Positions 10,019-21,000 of a DNA stretch of 64,000 nt are shown here, one piece after another. Origin of the DNA: an uncultured Candidatus Saccharibacteria bacterium (GTDB lineage Bacteria > Patescibacteriota > Minisyncoccia > Phycocordibacterales > PCTT01). The position numbers and the translations under genes are program-made. Every line of letters starts with the position of its first letter. Position 1 is the stretch's first letter. The stretch lies in NCBI GenBank assembly GCA_964566505.1, contig CAZMIM010000003.1, forward strand, positions 16,463 to 80,462, in the 5' to 3' direction. The notes beneath the pieces are model-generated. The model worked only from the letters and a program-made list of their open reading frames with translations. It had not been told where the DNA came from and made no database searches.

Positions 10019-11215
10019 CTACATTTTGCGCTCAATCCTTCGTAGGTATGTGAGGAGCTTTGGTATTGGCACGCTGTCTTGGTGGCGTGTTTCTACATTT
10101 CGTACAATTACTGCATTATCTTTCACTTCTTTTACACCCAAAATAATAGTATATGGAATCTCAAGCTTGTGTGCACGCTCGATCTGGTCTGTGAGACCAT
10201 CATGTACGAGCGATTGAGCTATAGAGATATTATTTTTTCTAAGAAGCTCAAGTAGGGTAAGGCTCATTCGCTTTGCCTCTGTGCCAAGGTGAATCAGATA
10301 GAAGTTTGGCACAGATACCTTTTTCATGTTGAGCTCTTTGTATGTCTCACTCTTTGTTCCAGAAAGATCAATATTTGCGCATACTGTAGGAATGTTTTTT
10401 CTACTTTGTTTGTTGTATACAAATCGGTTGAACCTCTCTCCACGAGCGACAACGCGCTCTTTCATGTTTTGACCTTTTCCTATTTGCTCTTTTATTACAA
10501 AAAGTGTTTGTGTTCCAAATTGTGGATTCTCTCCGATGAGGTCGCAATTTATCCTATATGGAGCATCAATCACTTCCATATACTCGAGAACATTTTTGAA
10601 ATGCTCACGACCTGCTTCTGAGAGATAGTTTATTGTGCGAGGTGCTTCATTTCGTACATGTGAACATGGTTCTTGGCCACACTCAGGCAGAATACTCAAA
10701 TCATTTTTCATTCGAGTGCGACAACAGTCTCCGATGGTGGTGATGTGTTTTCGGAAGTGTCCTCCATAATCGCGAAGAAAGTTTTTGTACGAAGCTCTGT
10801 CTCCAAGTGAGTTGATGTCGACTACCAAATTTTTCTTTCCATACTCACGAAGAGTTGAGAGCGCTGTTTGTATTATAAGAGCTTCTGCAATACCGCGTTT
10901 GCTTCCTATGATAAACAGATTCAGTCCACCATCTCCTTTTCTTTGGGCGCCTATTGTTTGGCATGCCATCAGTGGTTTTTGTGGAGAGTATGACTCGTTC
11001 TCTAGCTGCATATGACACACAGTCTTGTGCACAGGGTCTACATAAAACTCTTGGTGATATGTTTCTCTTTTTGAAAACTCCTTTCGTACTTCCTTTGGTA
11101 CACGAGGTGGTTTGATAAGAGCAAAGCCGTAGTGAGTCGCCACATCAACAGCATTTTTGTAAGGCCCTTTGTATGAATAGAGTGTATCTAGTGGATGTAG
11201 GTCTTCGTATCCCAT
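10019..11215 (-). CDS. class II aminoacyl-tRNA synthetase-like protein, HisRS-like with degenerate catalytic motifs
   Basis: C-terminal HGPT-type anticodon-binding domain (IPYTIILGVKEVKDNAVIVRNVETRHQ). N-terminal part is loosely HisRS-like (GERFN at the GGRYD position) but motif 2 arginines are not recognisable. Confidence 0.45.
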   Translation of the reverse strand: MGYEDLHPLDTLYSYKGPYKNAVDVATHYGFALIKPPRVPKEVRKEFSKRETYHQEFYVDPVHKTVCHMQLENESYSPQKPLMACQTIGAQRKGDGGLNLFIIGSKRGIAEALIIQTALSTLREYGKKNLVVDINSLGDRASYKNFLRDYGGHFRKHITTIGDCCRTRMKNDLSILPECGQEPCSHVRNEAPRTINYLSEAGREHFKNVLEYMEVIDAPYRINCDLIGENPQFGTQTLFVIKEQIGKGQNMKERVVARGERFNRFVYNKQSRKNIPTVCANIDLSGTKSETYKELNMKKVSVPNFYLIHLGTEAKRMSLTLLELLRKNNISIAQSLVHDGLTDQIERAHKLEIPYTIILGVKEVKDNAVIVRNVETRHQDSVPIPKLLTYLRRIERKM

Positions 11216-11219
11216 AGCG

Positions 11220-11789
11220 CTACTCTGTTATGTGTTTACCTGGTCTTAGACCAATATCTTTTGGAGGAAGAAGGCGAACGAGCGGTGTGCCAACAATATA
11301 TTTCTCAGCAAGTGGTCCCCATAGTCGTGAGTCAGAGCTTCCGGCTCTGTTGTCTCCAAGTACGAAGTACTCTTTTTCTGAGAGTGTTTCTTCTACAGTG
11401 TCTTTGTGAGTGTGTGTTACATATGGTTCGTCGAGTGTGATTATAGAACCGTCTACTTTTATGACACGAACAACTCCATCAGTGATTTGTACTGTTTCTC
11501 CAGGTAGTCCTATGACTCTTTTGATAAAGTATTTAGATGTGTCCTTTGGATATTTAAAAATCACCACATCAAGACGCTCTGGCGCGTGTGTTCTGTATGA
11601 GATTTGATCGATTATTAGGTAGTCTCCGTTTTCAAATGTCGGATCCATTGATGCGCCACTCACAATAAACGGCTGTGCAATGAAAATCCGGATAGGGATG
11701 ACAACAAGAAGTGCAATGAGAAGCACTTTGACGAGTTCATTAAAAAATGAATCACCAGATTGAGTGTCATTACGTGGAGTTTGAAACAT
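11220..11789 (-). CDS. lepB: signal peptidase I
   Basis: GASMDPTF (catalytic Ser), KRVIGLPGE (catalytic Lys) and GDNRAGSSDSR boxes. Start set at the internal ATG (MFQTP). Confidence 0.88.
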   Translation of the reverse strand: MFQTPRNDTQSGDSFFNELVKVLLIALLVVIPIRIFIAQPFIVSGASMDPTFENGDYLIIDQISYRTHAPERLDVVIFKYPKDTSKYFIKRVIGLPGETVQITDGVVRVIKVDGSIITLDEPYVTHTHKDTVEETLSEKEYFVLGDNRAGSSDSRLWGPLAEKYIVGTPLVRLLPPKDIGLRPGKHITE

Positions 11790-11899
11790 TGGACATATTG
11801 TATTACACAAATTCTTTGATACAAAATTTTTTCTACATATCACCACACAGATTTTAAAACTCAAACACGCACATCATGTACTGGGGTATAATAAAGAAT

Positions 11900-12460
11900 A
11901 TGTTTTTAGTGGTAGGACTTGGAAATAAAGGAACGCGTTATGAAAATACCAGACACAATGCTGGGTTTATTGTCGTGGATGAAATACAAAAAGGAAAAAC
12001 ATGGGAGCACTCGAGCACATGCAACCTCATGTATAGCTGGGATGGAAGTACGGAGTACATAAAACCACTGACAATGATGAATCTTTCAGGTGAGGCAGTG
12101 TCGTGTGCGATGCGAAAGCACGATATTTATTCCGAGGAGGTGATTGTAGTGTATGACGATATTGATTTGCCTTTTGGAGAGTGGAAGATTTCTTTTGCAC
12201 GAAGTAGTGGGGGACACAATGGGGTGAAATCGGTGGAAGAGATGCTTGATACAAATAGGTTTGTACGGATTAGGGTAGGTATTGCACCCACAACTCTTTT
12301 TGGAAAAAAGAAAAAGCCGTCGGTAGTAGATAGATATGTTCTCGGACCATTTCCAAAAGGGAAGGTGAAAGCACTTCAAAAGATGGCGCCCGAGATACAA
12401 GAGGCGATAGAGACTATTATCAAAGACGGGCGAGAGGTCGCGATGAATAAATATAATTAA
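11900..12460 (+). CDS. pth: peptidyl-tRNA hydrolase
   Basis: VVGLGNKGTRYENTRHNAGF signature. Start at the ATG giving MFLVVGLGN. Confidence 0.88.
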   Translation: MFLVVGLGNKGTRYENTRHNAGFIVVDEIQKGKTWEHSSTCNLMYSWDGSTEYIKPLTMMNLSGEAVSCAMRKHDIYSEEVIVVYDDIDLPFGEWKISFARSSGGHNGVKSVEEMLDTNRFVRIRVGIAPTTLFGKKKKPSVVDRYVLGPFPKGKVKALQKMAPEIQEAIETIIKDGREVAMNKYN

Positions 12461-13189
12461 ATGCTCGACACAATATTGGCTGATGTCATTCCTGTTCCTA
12501 AGGAAAGTGACGATTATATTGTCAGAAGTAAGTGGCATAAAAAAAGTGACTCAGATACTCTGTATGTGATTGTTCCTCCCTGGAGGGGAAGCAAGGACTA
12601 TTTTAAAAATATACGTCATGAGATTTTAGAGGAGAAAAAGGCCTCTATTATTCAGTATGATTTTTCATCAAAAATATTAAGTGAAGATGTTGAAGGTACG
12701 GTGAAATATTTTCATTTTGTTGCGGATACTTTAAGTACAGAGATAAATTCTTTGGTAAATGAATATAAATTTAAAAATGTTGTTATTTTAGGAATTAGCC
12801 TTGGGGCTGTGTCCGCCTCAATGATTGCTGGGTGCAATGAGAATATTAAAAAAATTATTTTAGTTTTACCTGGAGCTAGTCTTGCTGAGTCATTATGGAA
12901 TGGGGAAAGGACACAAAATCTTAGGAATAGCCTTGTTGAGAAAGGCGTTACATTAGAGCAACTAAAAAAAGCTTGGCAGTTACTTGCTCCAGAAGAATAT
13001 GTAGAAGAATTTAAAGGAAAAGAAGTTGTGATACATCTGAGTAAGGCGGACAAAATAATACCTTATTCTTTAGGAAAGAGATTGGTGGATAAAATAAGAA
13101 ATACAGGAACAGAAGTAACCTTAATTGAAAATTCATTTTTGGGACACTATTTGACTGTTTTAAAATTTTTTCTGTTTCCAAAAATCTGA
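12461..13189 (+). CDS. alpha/beta-hydrolase fold protein (esterase-like)
   Basis: GISLG nucleophile elbow (G-x-S-x-G); about 240 aa with alternating hydrophobic beta strands. Confidence 0.45.
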   Translation: MLDTILADVIPVPKESDDYIVRSKWHKKSDSDTLYVIVPPWRGSKDYFKNIRHEILEEKKASIIQYDFSSKILSEDVEGTVKYFHFVADTLSTEINSLVNEYKFKNVVILGISLGAVSASMIAGCNENIKKIILVLPGASLAESLWNGERTQNLRNSLVEKGVTLEQLKKAWQLLAPEEYVEEFKGKEVVIHLSKADKIIPYSLGKRLVDKIRNTGTEVTLIENSFLGHYLTVLKFFLFPKI

Positions 13190-13290
13190 ACGGCTCATTT
13201 TCAAAATGAGCCATTGGAAATGGCTACAAAGAGCCATATAAAAACTCAACGGCTCAACTTCTAGAAGTTGAGCCGTTGAAAGTTTTTGTT
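13189..13290. terminator. bidirectional terminator cluster: three hairpins including perfect AACGGCTCAACTTC-TAGA-GAAGTTGAGCCGTT
   Basis: Hairpins at 13189-13212, 13221-13236 and 13247-13278, with an A-run on the left and a T-run (TTTTTGTT) on the right. Sits between the convergent hydrolase and rpsA genes. Confidence 0.75.
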
Positions 13291-13302
13291 TAATTGAGAA
13301 TC

Positions 13303-14424
13303 TTATTCTGATTTCTTTGGAGCATTCTCGTATGAGAGTGCCATTTTTCTCTCGTTTGGTTCAAATAGAGAGATGGTAAATGGATAGCTCTTTCCGAGCT
13401 CGAGTGCTTCGCGAAGCGCCTCTTCTGTTCCAAACTCACTTACATGCACAAGTCCGGCAACACCTTCCTCGATACTTGCAAGCGCACCATGTTTGTTGAA
13501 CTTGATAATCACACCAGTAACTTCTTGTCCCTTGGCATATTTATCTTGTGCATCCTTCCATGGATTTTCTTTGAGTGCTTTCACAGATAGAGAAATCTTT
13601 CCGTCTTTCACTTCAATAATTTTTGCTTTTACCTTTTCTCCAACTTTGAAGAGTTGTTTTGGATCTTCTACAAGACCCCAGTCAAGCTCTGAGATGTGCG
13701 CAAGACCTTCTAGACCTTCTTCAATCTTGATGAATACTCCGAAGTCCACAATACCAGTGATTGAACCTTCAACGGTGTCACCAACATTGTATTGTCGTGC
13801 AATCTCAGTCTGCTCTTTCTTGTCAGAGCTCTTCTCTGAGAAGATAAGCTTTCCTTCTTTTGGAGATGCTGTGATGATAGATACAGAGATTTTTTGCCCC
13901 ACAAGCTCTTTGAGCTCCATAAGGATTTTGTCTTTGTCTCCATCTTCTACGCGAGGGTAGTGCTCAGGCTTTAGCTGTGATGCTGGAAGGAATCCGCTCA
14001 CACCTTGCCACTCCATCATAAGACCACCTTTGTTTGCTTCTTTAACCACAAGATCAAATGTAGTTCCTGATTTGATAGCTTCTTCTGCCTCTCCCCAAAT
14101 AATCGCTTGTCGAGCTTCCTTGAGTGATAGCTCTATATATCCGTCCTCATTTTCAAGATCAACCACCTTAGCAGCGATTGTATCTCCAATATTTATGTTT
14201 CGGATAATGTCACGAGCAGCGATAAACTCTCGTCCATAGATGATTCCGGTACCATGCGGTGCAAGGTCAATATAAATACTTGCTTTGTCGATGGCGATAA
14301 CTGGTCCTTCAACCATTTCACCAACTGCTGGTGGAATCTTTGATTCGCTAAAGAAGCTTCCCATTACGGTTTTTGCTTTCTTTGCTACTGAATCAACCTC
14401 TTTTGTATTTGTTGTTTCTGACAT
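13303..14424 (-). CDS. rpsA: 30S ribosomal protein S1 (four S1 domains)
   Basis: Repeated S1 OB-fold motifs (G.V.G.V..I..FG.FV.L, HISE). Confidence 0.85.
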   Translation of the reverse strand: MSETTNTKEVDSVAKKAKTVMGSFFSESKIPPAVGEMVEGPVIAIDKASIYIDLAPHGTGIIYGREFIAARDIIRNINIGDTIAAKVVDLENEDGYIELSLKEARQAIIWGEAEEAIKSGTTFDLVVKEANKGGLMMEWQGVSGFLPASQLKPEHYPRVEDGDKDKILMELKELVGQKISVSIITASPKEGKLIFSEKSSDKKEQTEIARQYNVGDTVEGSITGIVDFGVFIKIEEGLEGLAHISELDWGLVEDPKQLFKVGEKVKAKIIEVKDGKISLSVKALKENPWKDAQDKYAKGQEVTGVIIKFNKHGALASIEEGVAGLVHVSEFGTEEALREALELGKSYPFTISLFEPNERKMALSYENAPKKSE

Positions 14425-14840
14425 ATATGAAAAAAGAATATATGTTCACATACGCGCCATTTGCTTTCGTTTGCGTGCATATGAGGGTTACATATACCTC
14501 GTTTTCTAGTAATAAGCACATATATAATGTGCGAAGGTGAGTATAGCACAAGGCAAGCCAAATACAATACTATATATATGAAGGGTTACTATTCCACATT
14601 TTGTGTTGAAAACGCTTGTTTTTTCTAAAAATACATGTATACTGTGCGACAAGAAGATTTAGAAAAAGATTGAGTTGAGGAACAGTCTTTTAAAGCCCAT
14701 TTGTAGGTGTGGGTGCAGCTCGTATATTTTCTATATAAGGCGGGGTGTAAAAAACTACTTTTTTATAAATCACAAAATGAGAGGAGACAGAGCCTTTGAG
14801 GGTATCTGTGTCGTTTCTTTTTTACAAAGAACACAAATAT

Positions 14841-17800
14841 ATGCAACAAAAAGTGTTTTCGCGGTACAAAAAACCGCTGACTTCGTATCCTAACTTTGTT
14901 GAAAACCAGCTCAGTTCATACACTGACCTTGTGGAGAAAGGTATTGCAGACCTTTTCCGAGAGTTTTCACCAATCGAGGACTATTCAGGGAAGAAATTCC
15001 TTTTCGAATTCAAAAGCATTGAGCTAGGAGAGCCAAAGTTTGATGAATTCTACGCAAAGCGTGAGCAACTTACATATGACGCACCGCTTCGCGCAAAGGT
15101 AAAGCTTACAAATAAGCAACTAGGGACAGAGAAAGAGCAAGAAATCTTTATTGCCGACTTCCCAATGCAGACAGACCACGGAACGTTCATTATCAATGGT
15201 ATTGAGCGTGTAATCGTGCCACAGCTTATCCGTTCATTCGGAGTACTTTTCAATATTAATGAAGTACGTGGAAAGCGAAAATTTGGTGCAAAGATTATTC
15301 CTGCACGGGGTGCATGGGTAGAGTTTGAGACCGATCACAACGACGCAATGTTTGTTCGTATCGATCGAAAGCGAAAATTCCCAATCACATCATTTTTGCG
15401 AATCTTTGGAGTAGATAGCGTGGAAGACATGAAGAAACTCTTCAAAGGAAATGACGATGTTCTAAAAACACTCGAGGCTTCACTCGAGCGAGACACTGCA
15501 GAATCAACAGAAGATGCATATGTAGAGGTGTACCGAAAACTTCGAGAAGGAGATATTGTGTCACCTGCAAACGCAAAAGAGTACATCGATGGACTCTTCA
15601 GCGAAGAACGATACGATCTATCAGAGGTAGGACGGTTCCGATTCAACCAACGATTTGGACGAGGAACAGAGAAGAAGGATCTCAACAAGCGAATCGTTGA
15701 TATTGAAGATATCAAGGAGATTATCGCCAACATCGTAAAGCTCAACAACACTCCAGGAGCAACAGAGGATGATATTGATCACCTTGGTTCACGACGAGTA
15801 CGGTTTGTAGGAGAGCTTCTAGAGCAAAGAATGCGTGTTGGTATGACACGAATGAAGCGAAACCTTCAGGACCGAATGTCTACTATCGACTCAGAGACAA
15901 CGCTCCCAATCCAATTCATTAACCCACGACCACTCCAAGCTGCAATCAAGGAGTTCTTTGCAACAAACCAACTTTCACAGTTCATGCAACAAGACAACAC
16001 TCTCCAAGAGATTGAGCACCTACGAACACTTTCAGCTCTTGGGCCAGGAGGTCTTACACGAGAGCGAGCTGGGTTTGAGGTACGAGACGTACACCCATCT
16101 CACTACGGACGAGTATGTCCAATCCACACACCAGAAGGTCCAAACATTGGACTTGTACTTCACCTTGCAACATATGCACGGGTAAATCATTTTGGAATGA
16201 TTGAGACACCATATGCGAGAGTAAAGAATGGAAAAGTTACAGACGAGATTGTGTACATGAACGCATACGAAGAAGAAGACAAAAAGATTGCACACGCAGC
16301 AACACCATATGATGACAGCGGTAAAATCACTGTTGATTTGGTAGAGGTGCGATACCAAGGTGCTCCACGAGTATTTCCTAAAAAGGATGTTGATTTTATT
16401 GATGTGGCTACAAATCAGGCCTTTTCAGTAGCAACATCTATGATTCCATTTCTTAACCACGACGACGCGGCTCGAGCACTCATGGGGTCAAACATGCAAA
16501 AACAAGCAACGCCATGTATCGTGCCAAGCGCACCATTGGTGGCAACAGGTATTGAAGAGCAAGCTGCTCGAGATACAGGACGACTTGTATATGCAAAGAA
16601 TCCAGGAAAGGTAACAGCAGTAGACGCACGAAAGGTTGTTGTAAAAAATACTAAAGGAAAAGACGACACATATAACCTTGTAAACTTTTCAAGAACAAAC
16701 GCAGCTAGCGCATTCCACCAACGACCAGTAGTAAATGTTGGAGACTCAGTAAAGAAAGGTGATCTACTTGCGGACACATCATCTTCAGATAAAGGACAAA
16801 CAGCGATTGGTCAAAACCTTCGCGTTGCCTTTATGACATGGAATGGAGCAAACTACGAGGACGCGATTATTATTTCACAGCGACTTGTAAAAGACTCAAC
16901 ACTCACATCTATTCATGTTGAGGAGTTTACTGTAAACGTTCGAGACACAAAGCTTGGGCCGGAAGTAACGACTCATGACATTCCAAACGTAGGAGAGAGC
17001 AAGCTCAAAAACCTAGACGAAGACGGAATTGTACGAATCGGAGCAGAGGTACGACCTGGAGATATTCTTGTTGGAAAGATTACTCCAAAGGGAGAGACAC
17101 AGCTCACTCCAGAGGAGCGACTTCTTCGTTCTATCTTTGGTGAAAAAGCACGAGACGTAAAAGACTCTTCACTTCGAATGGAGAACGGAAAGCAAGGACG
17201 TGTAATCGGTGTAAAGGTATTTTCTCGAGACAATGGAGACAACCTACAATCAGGAATCATCAAAAAGATTCATATTGAAGTTGCACAGCTTCGAGCTATC
17301 TCTGTAGGAGACAAGCTTGCTGGACGACACGGAAACAAGGGAGTTATCTCAACAATACTTCCTGAGGAGGACATGCCATACATGGAAGACGGAACTCCAA
17401 TCGATATTATTTTGACACCACTTGGAGTGCCAAGCCGAATGAACCTTGGACAGATTCTTGAGCTTCACCTTGGACTTGCAGCACACACACTCAACTATCA
17501 AGCAGTAGTACCACCATTTGTTGGTGCTCAAGATGTTGAGATTGCTGATGAGCTTGAAGAAGCTGGATACCCACGAGACGGAAAGGTAACACTATTTGAC
17601 GGACGAACAGGACGGGCATTTGATCAGCGAATCTCAATGGGGTACATGTACATGCTCAAGCTTCACCACATGGTAGAAGACAAGATTCACCAACGATCAA
17701 TTGGTCCATACTCACTCATTACTCAGCAACCTCTCGGAGGACGAGCACAAAACGGAGGACAACGATTTGGAGAAATGGAGGTGTGGGCACTATTGGGATA

Positions 17801-17996
17801 CGGAGCGGCATACACACTGCGAGAAGTTTTGACAATCAAATCAGATGACATCTTGGGACGTTCAAGCGCCTTTGATTCAATCGTAAAGGGTCGAGATATT
17901 AAACACTCTAATATTCCTGCTTCATTCAATGTGCTTCTAAACAACTTGCGAGCACTTGCGCTCAATGTAGAGCTCAAAGAAACAGCAAACGACTAA
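14841..17996 (+). CDS. rpoB: DNA-directed RNA polymerase subunit beta
   Basis: Conserved beta blocks ([46 protein letters not shown]-like region; C-terminal [13 protein letters not shown]). Start taken at MQQKVFS. Confidence 0.95.
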   Translation: [1051 protein letters not shown]

Positions 17997-18025
17997 GCAT
18001 TTAAAGGAAGCACTAAGAAACTATT

Positions 18026-21000
18026 ATGACTCAAACATATTCACAACCAGGTATGAAGAATCCAGAGGACTTCGACATGATGACAATCAAGCTCGCGTCT
18101 CCTGAGAAGATTCTTGAATGGTCACACGGAGAGGTGACAAAGCCTGAAACAATCAACTACCGAACACAACGAAGTGAAAAGAACGGTCTCTTTGATGAGA
18201 AAATCTTTGGACCAGGGAAAGACTACGAGTGTTACTGTGGAAAATATCGAGGCATCCGATACAAAGGAATCACATGTGAGAAGTGTGGTGTAGATGTAAC
18301 TCGTTCTATTGTTCGACGAGAGCGAATGGGGCACATTGCACTAGCATCTCCTGTGTCACATGTATGGTTCCTACGAAGCATTCCATCACGAATGGCTCTT
18401 GTTCTAGGAGTAACATCATCAGCTCTTGAAAAGGTGATTTACTTTGCGGGGTACATCGTTACAGAAGTAAAAGAGGATGAGCGAGCACGAATCCTAAAAG
18501 AGCTTGCTTCTGAGTACAAGACAAAGCTAAAAACACTTAAAGACGACAAGTCAAAAGATGCACTAAAAGAAGCGTATCTTTCTACAAAGCGAGAAATTGA
18601 AAGTATTCAAAAAGGCTCAATCATTGGAGACACAGAGTACGGACGCTTTGAGATGAAGTATGGAACAATGTTTTCTGCAGATATTGGAGCAGAAGCAATT
18701 TACAATATTTTTAAAGGTATCGACCTTTCAGCTCTTATTACAGAACTTGAGACTCGATATGAAAAAGCAGGAAAGGGAGAGCGAGAGAAAATCAACAAAA
18801 GACTAACGCTTCTTCGTTCAATGCACAAAGCAGGAATTCGTCCTGAATGGATGTTCCTACAACATATTCCGATTCTACCGCCAGCGCTTCGGCCAATGGT
18901 GGCTCTTGATGGTGGACGACACGCTACATCAGATGTAAACGATCTTTATCGTCGTGTAATCAACCGAAACAATCGACTGAAAAAGCTTCAGGCAATCAAT
19001 GCACCGCATGTGATTTTGCGAAACGAGAAGCGAATTCTTCAAGAGGCAGTTGATGCTCTTATCGACAACTCTATCAGACGACGAACTGGTTCATATATGT
19101 CAGGACCTGGTTCTCGACGACCACTTAAGTCACTTTCTGACAACCTAAAAGGAAAGCAGGGAATCTTCCGACAAAACCTACTTGGAAAGCGAGTAGACTA
19201 CTCAGGACGTTCTGTGATTGTGGTTGGTCCGGATCTAGAGCTTGATGAGTGTGGACTTCCAAAGCACATGGCACTTGAGTTATTCCGACCATTTATTATT
19301 TCAGAGCTTCTAGAGCGAGAGCTTGCTTACAACATTCGAGGTGCGAACCGACTTATCGACGAGGGTATTCCAGAAGTATGGGCAATCCTTGAAGATGTGA
19401 TTAAAGACAAGTATGTGCTTCTAAACCGAGCACCAACACTTCACCGACTTGGTATTCAGGCATTCCGACCAGTTCTTATTGAAGGTCTTGCTATTCAAGT
19501 ACACCCACTTGTATGTACAGCCTTTAACGCGGACTTCGACGGTGACCAGATGGCCGTTCACGTACCACTTTCAAAAGAGGCACAGCTCGAGGCCAAGGAA
19601 ATCATGGCTTCTGACAAAAACATTCTAAAGCCAGGAGATGGACGACCAGTGCCATCTGCAAAGATGCTCGATATTCTTTTGGGATGTTATTGGATGACAA
19701 AGATGGTTCCAGGTAAAAAGGGAGAAGGAAAGATTTTCCCAGATCCAAACCACGCTATTTCTGCATTTGATTATGGAGAGGTAGACTTCCGAGCATCAAT
19801 CAAGGTGATGGCAACACATCACAAAAAGTACGAGCAATTCGAAGGAGGACTATTTGAAACAACAGTAGGACGACTTCTATTCAACAGTGTGCTTCCAAAA
19901 GACTTCCCATACATCAACAAAGAAATCGACAAATCACTTATGCATAGTGTGGTTGACGAGCTGATTGAGGTATATGGAACACAGCGTCTTCCAAAGATTC
20001 TCGACAAGATTAAAAACTTTGGATTCAAGTACGCAACATTTGCTGGTATTACATGGGGGCTTGATGATATTCAGGCGCCAGAAGAAAAAGAAAAGATTAT
20101 TGCTGACGCACGAAAGAAAGTAGACGAAGTAGTTGAGCAATTCAACGAAGGTCTTCTATCATCAGATGAGCGAAAGCGAAAGAGTGTTGAGATTTGGCAC
20201 AAGGTAAAGGATGATATTGAGGAGCTTATTCCAAATACACTTGATGACAACGGTTCAGTATATGACATGTGGAAGTCAGGTGCTCGAGGTTCTCTTTCAC
20301 AAATTACTGCTATGGCAGGAATGAAGGGACTTATTGCAAACAACAAGGGAGAAACTATTGAGTTCCCAATTACAACATCTTCAAAAGAAGGACACACACC
20401 TATTGAGTACTTTATTACAACTCACGGTTCACGAAAGGGTCTTACAGACACCGCTCTTAACACAGCGCACGCCGGATATCTTACTCGACGACTGTTTGAC
20501 GTGTCACAAGATGTTGTTGTTACAGAAGATGACTGTAAGAGTAAAGATTCAGTTACAGTACGAGAAGAAAATCTATCAGGTATTACAGTTCCACTTTCAA
20601 AGAATGCTTCAGGACGATTCCTTGCAGCAGACGTAAAAGACGCGAAAGGAAATACTCTATTTAAGAAAGGAGACTTCCTTACAAAGACAGATGCTCTTGC
20701 AATTGAAGAAGCAGGTGTTGAAGAGGTAGAAGTACGTTCACCAATCACATGTGCTACAAAGCAAGGTGTATGTCGTTTATGTTACGGAGTTGACCACGGA
20801 ACAAACGAGCCAGTAGAGCTCGGAGAGGCAGTGGGAACAGTAGCTGCTCAAGCTATTGGAGAGCCTGGAACACAGCTTACTATGCGTACCTTCCACGCCG
20901 GAGGTGCAGCGTCAGTAGGAGGTGACATTACTATGGGTCTTCCACGTGTGGTTGAAATCTTTGAGCGACGAATTCCAAAGAACCCAGCAGTTATCTCACA

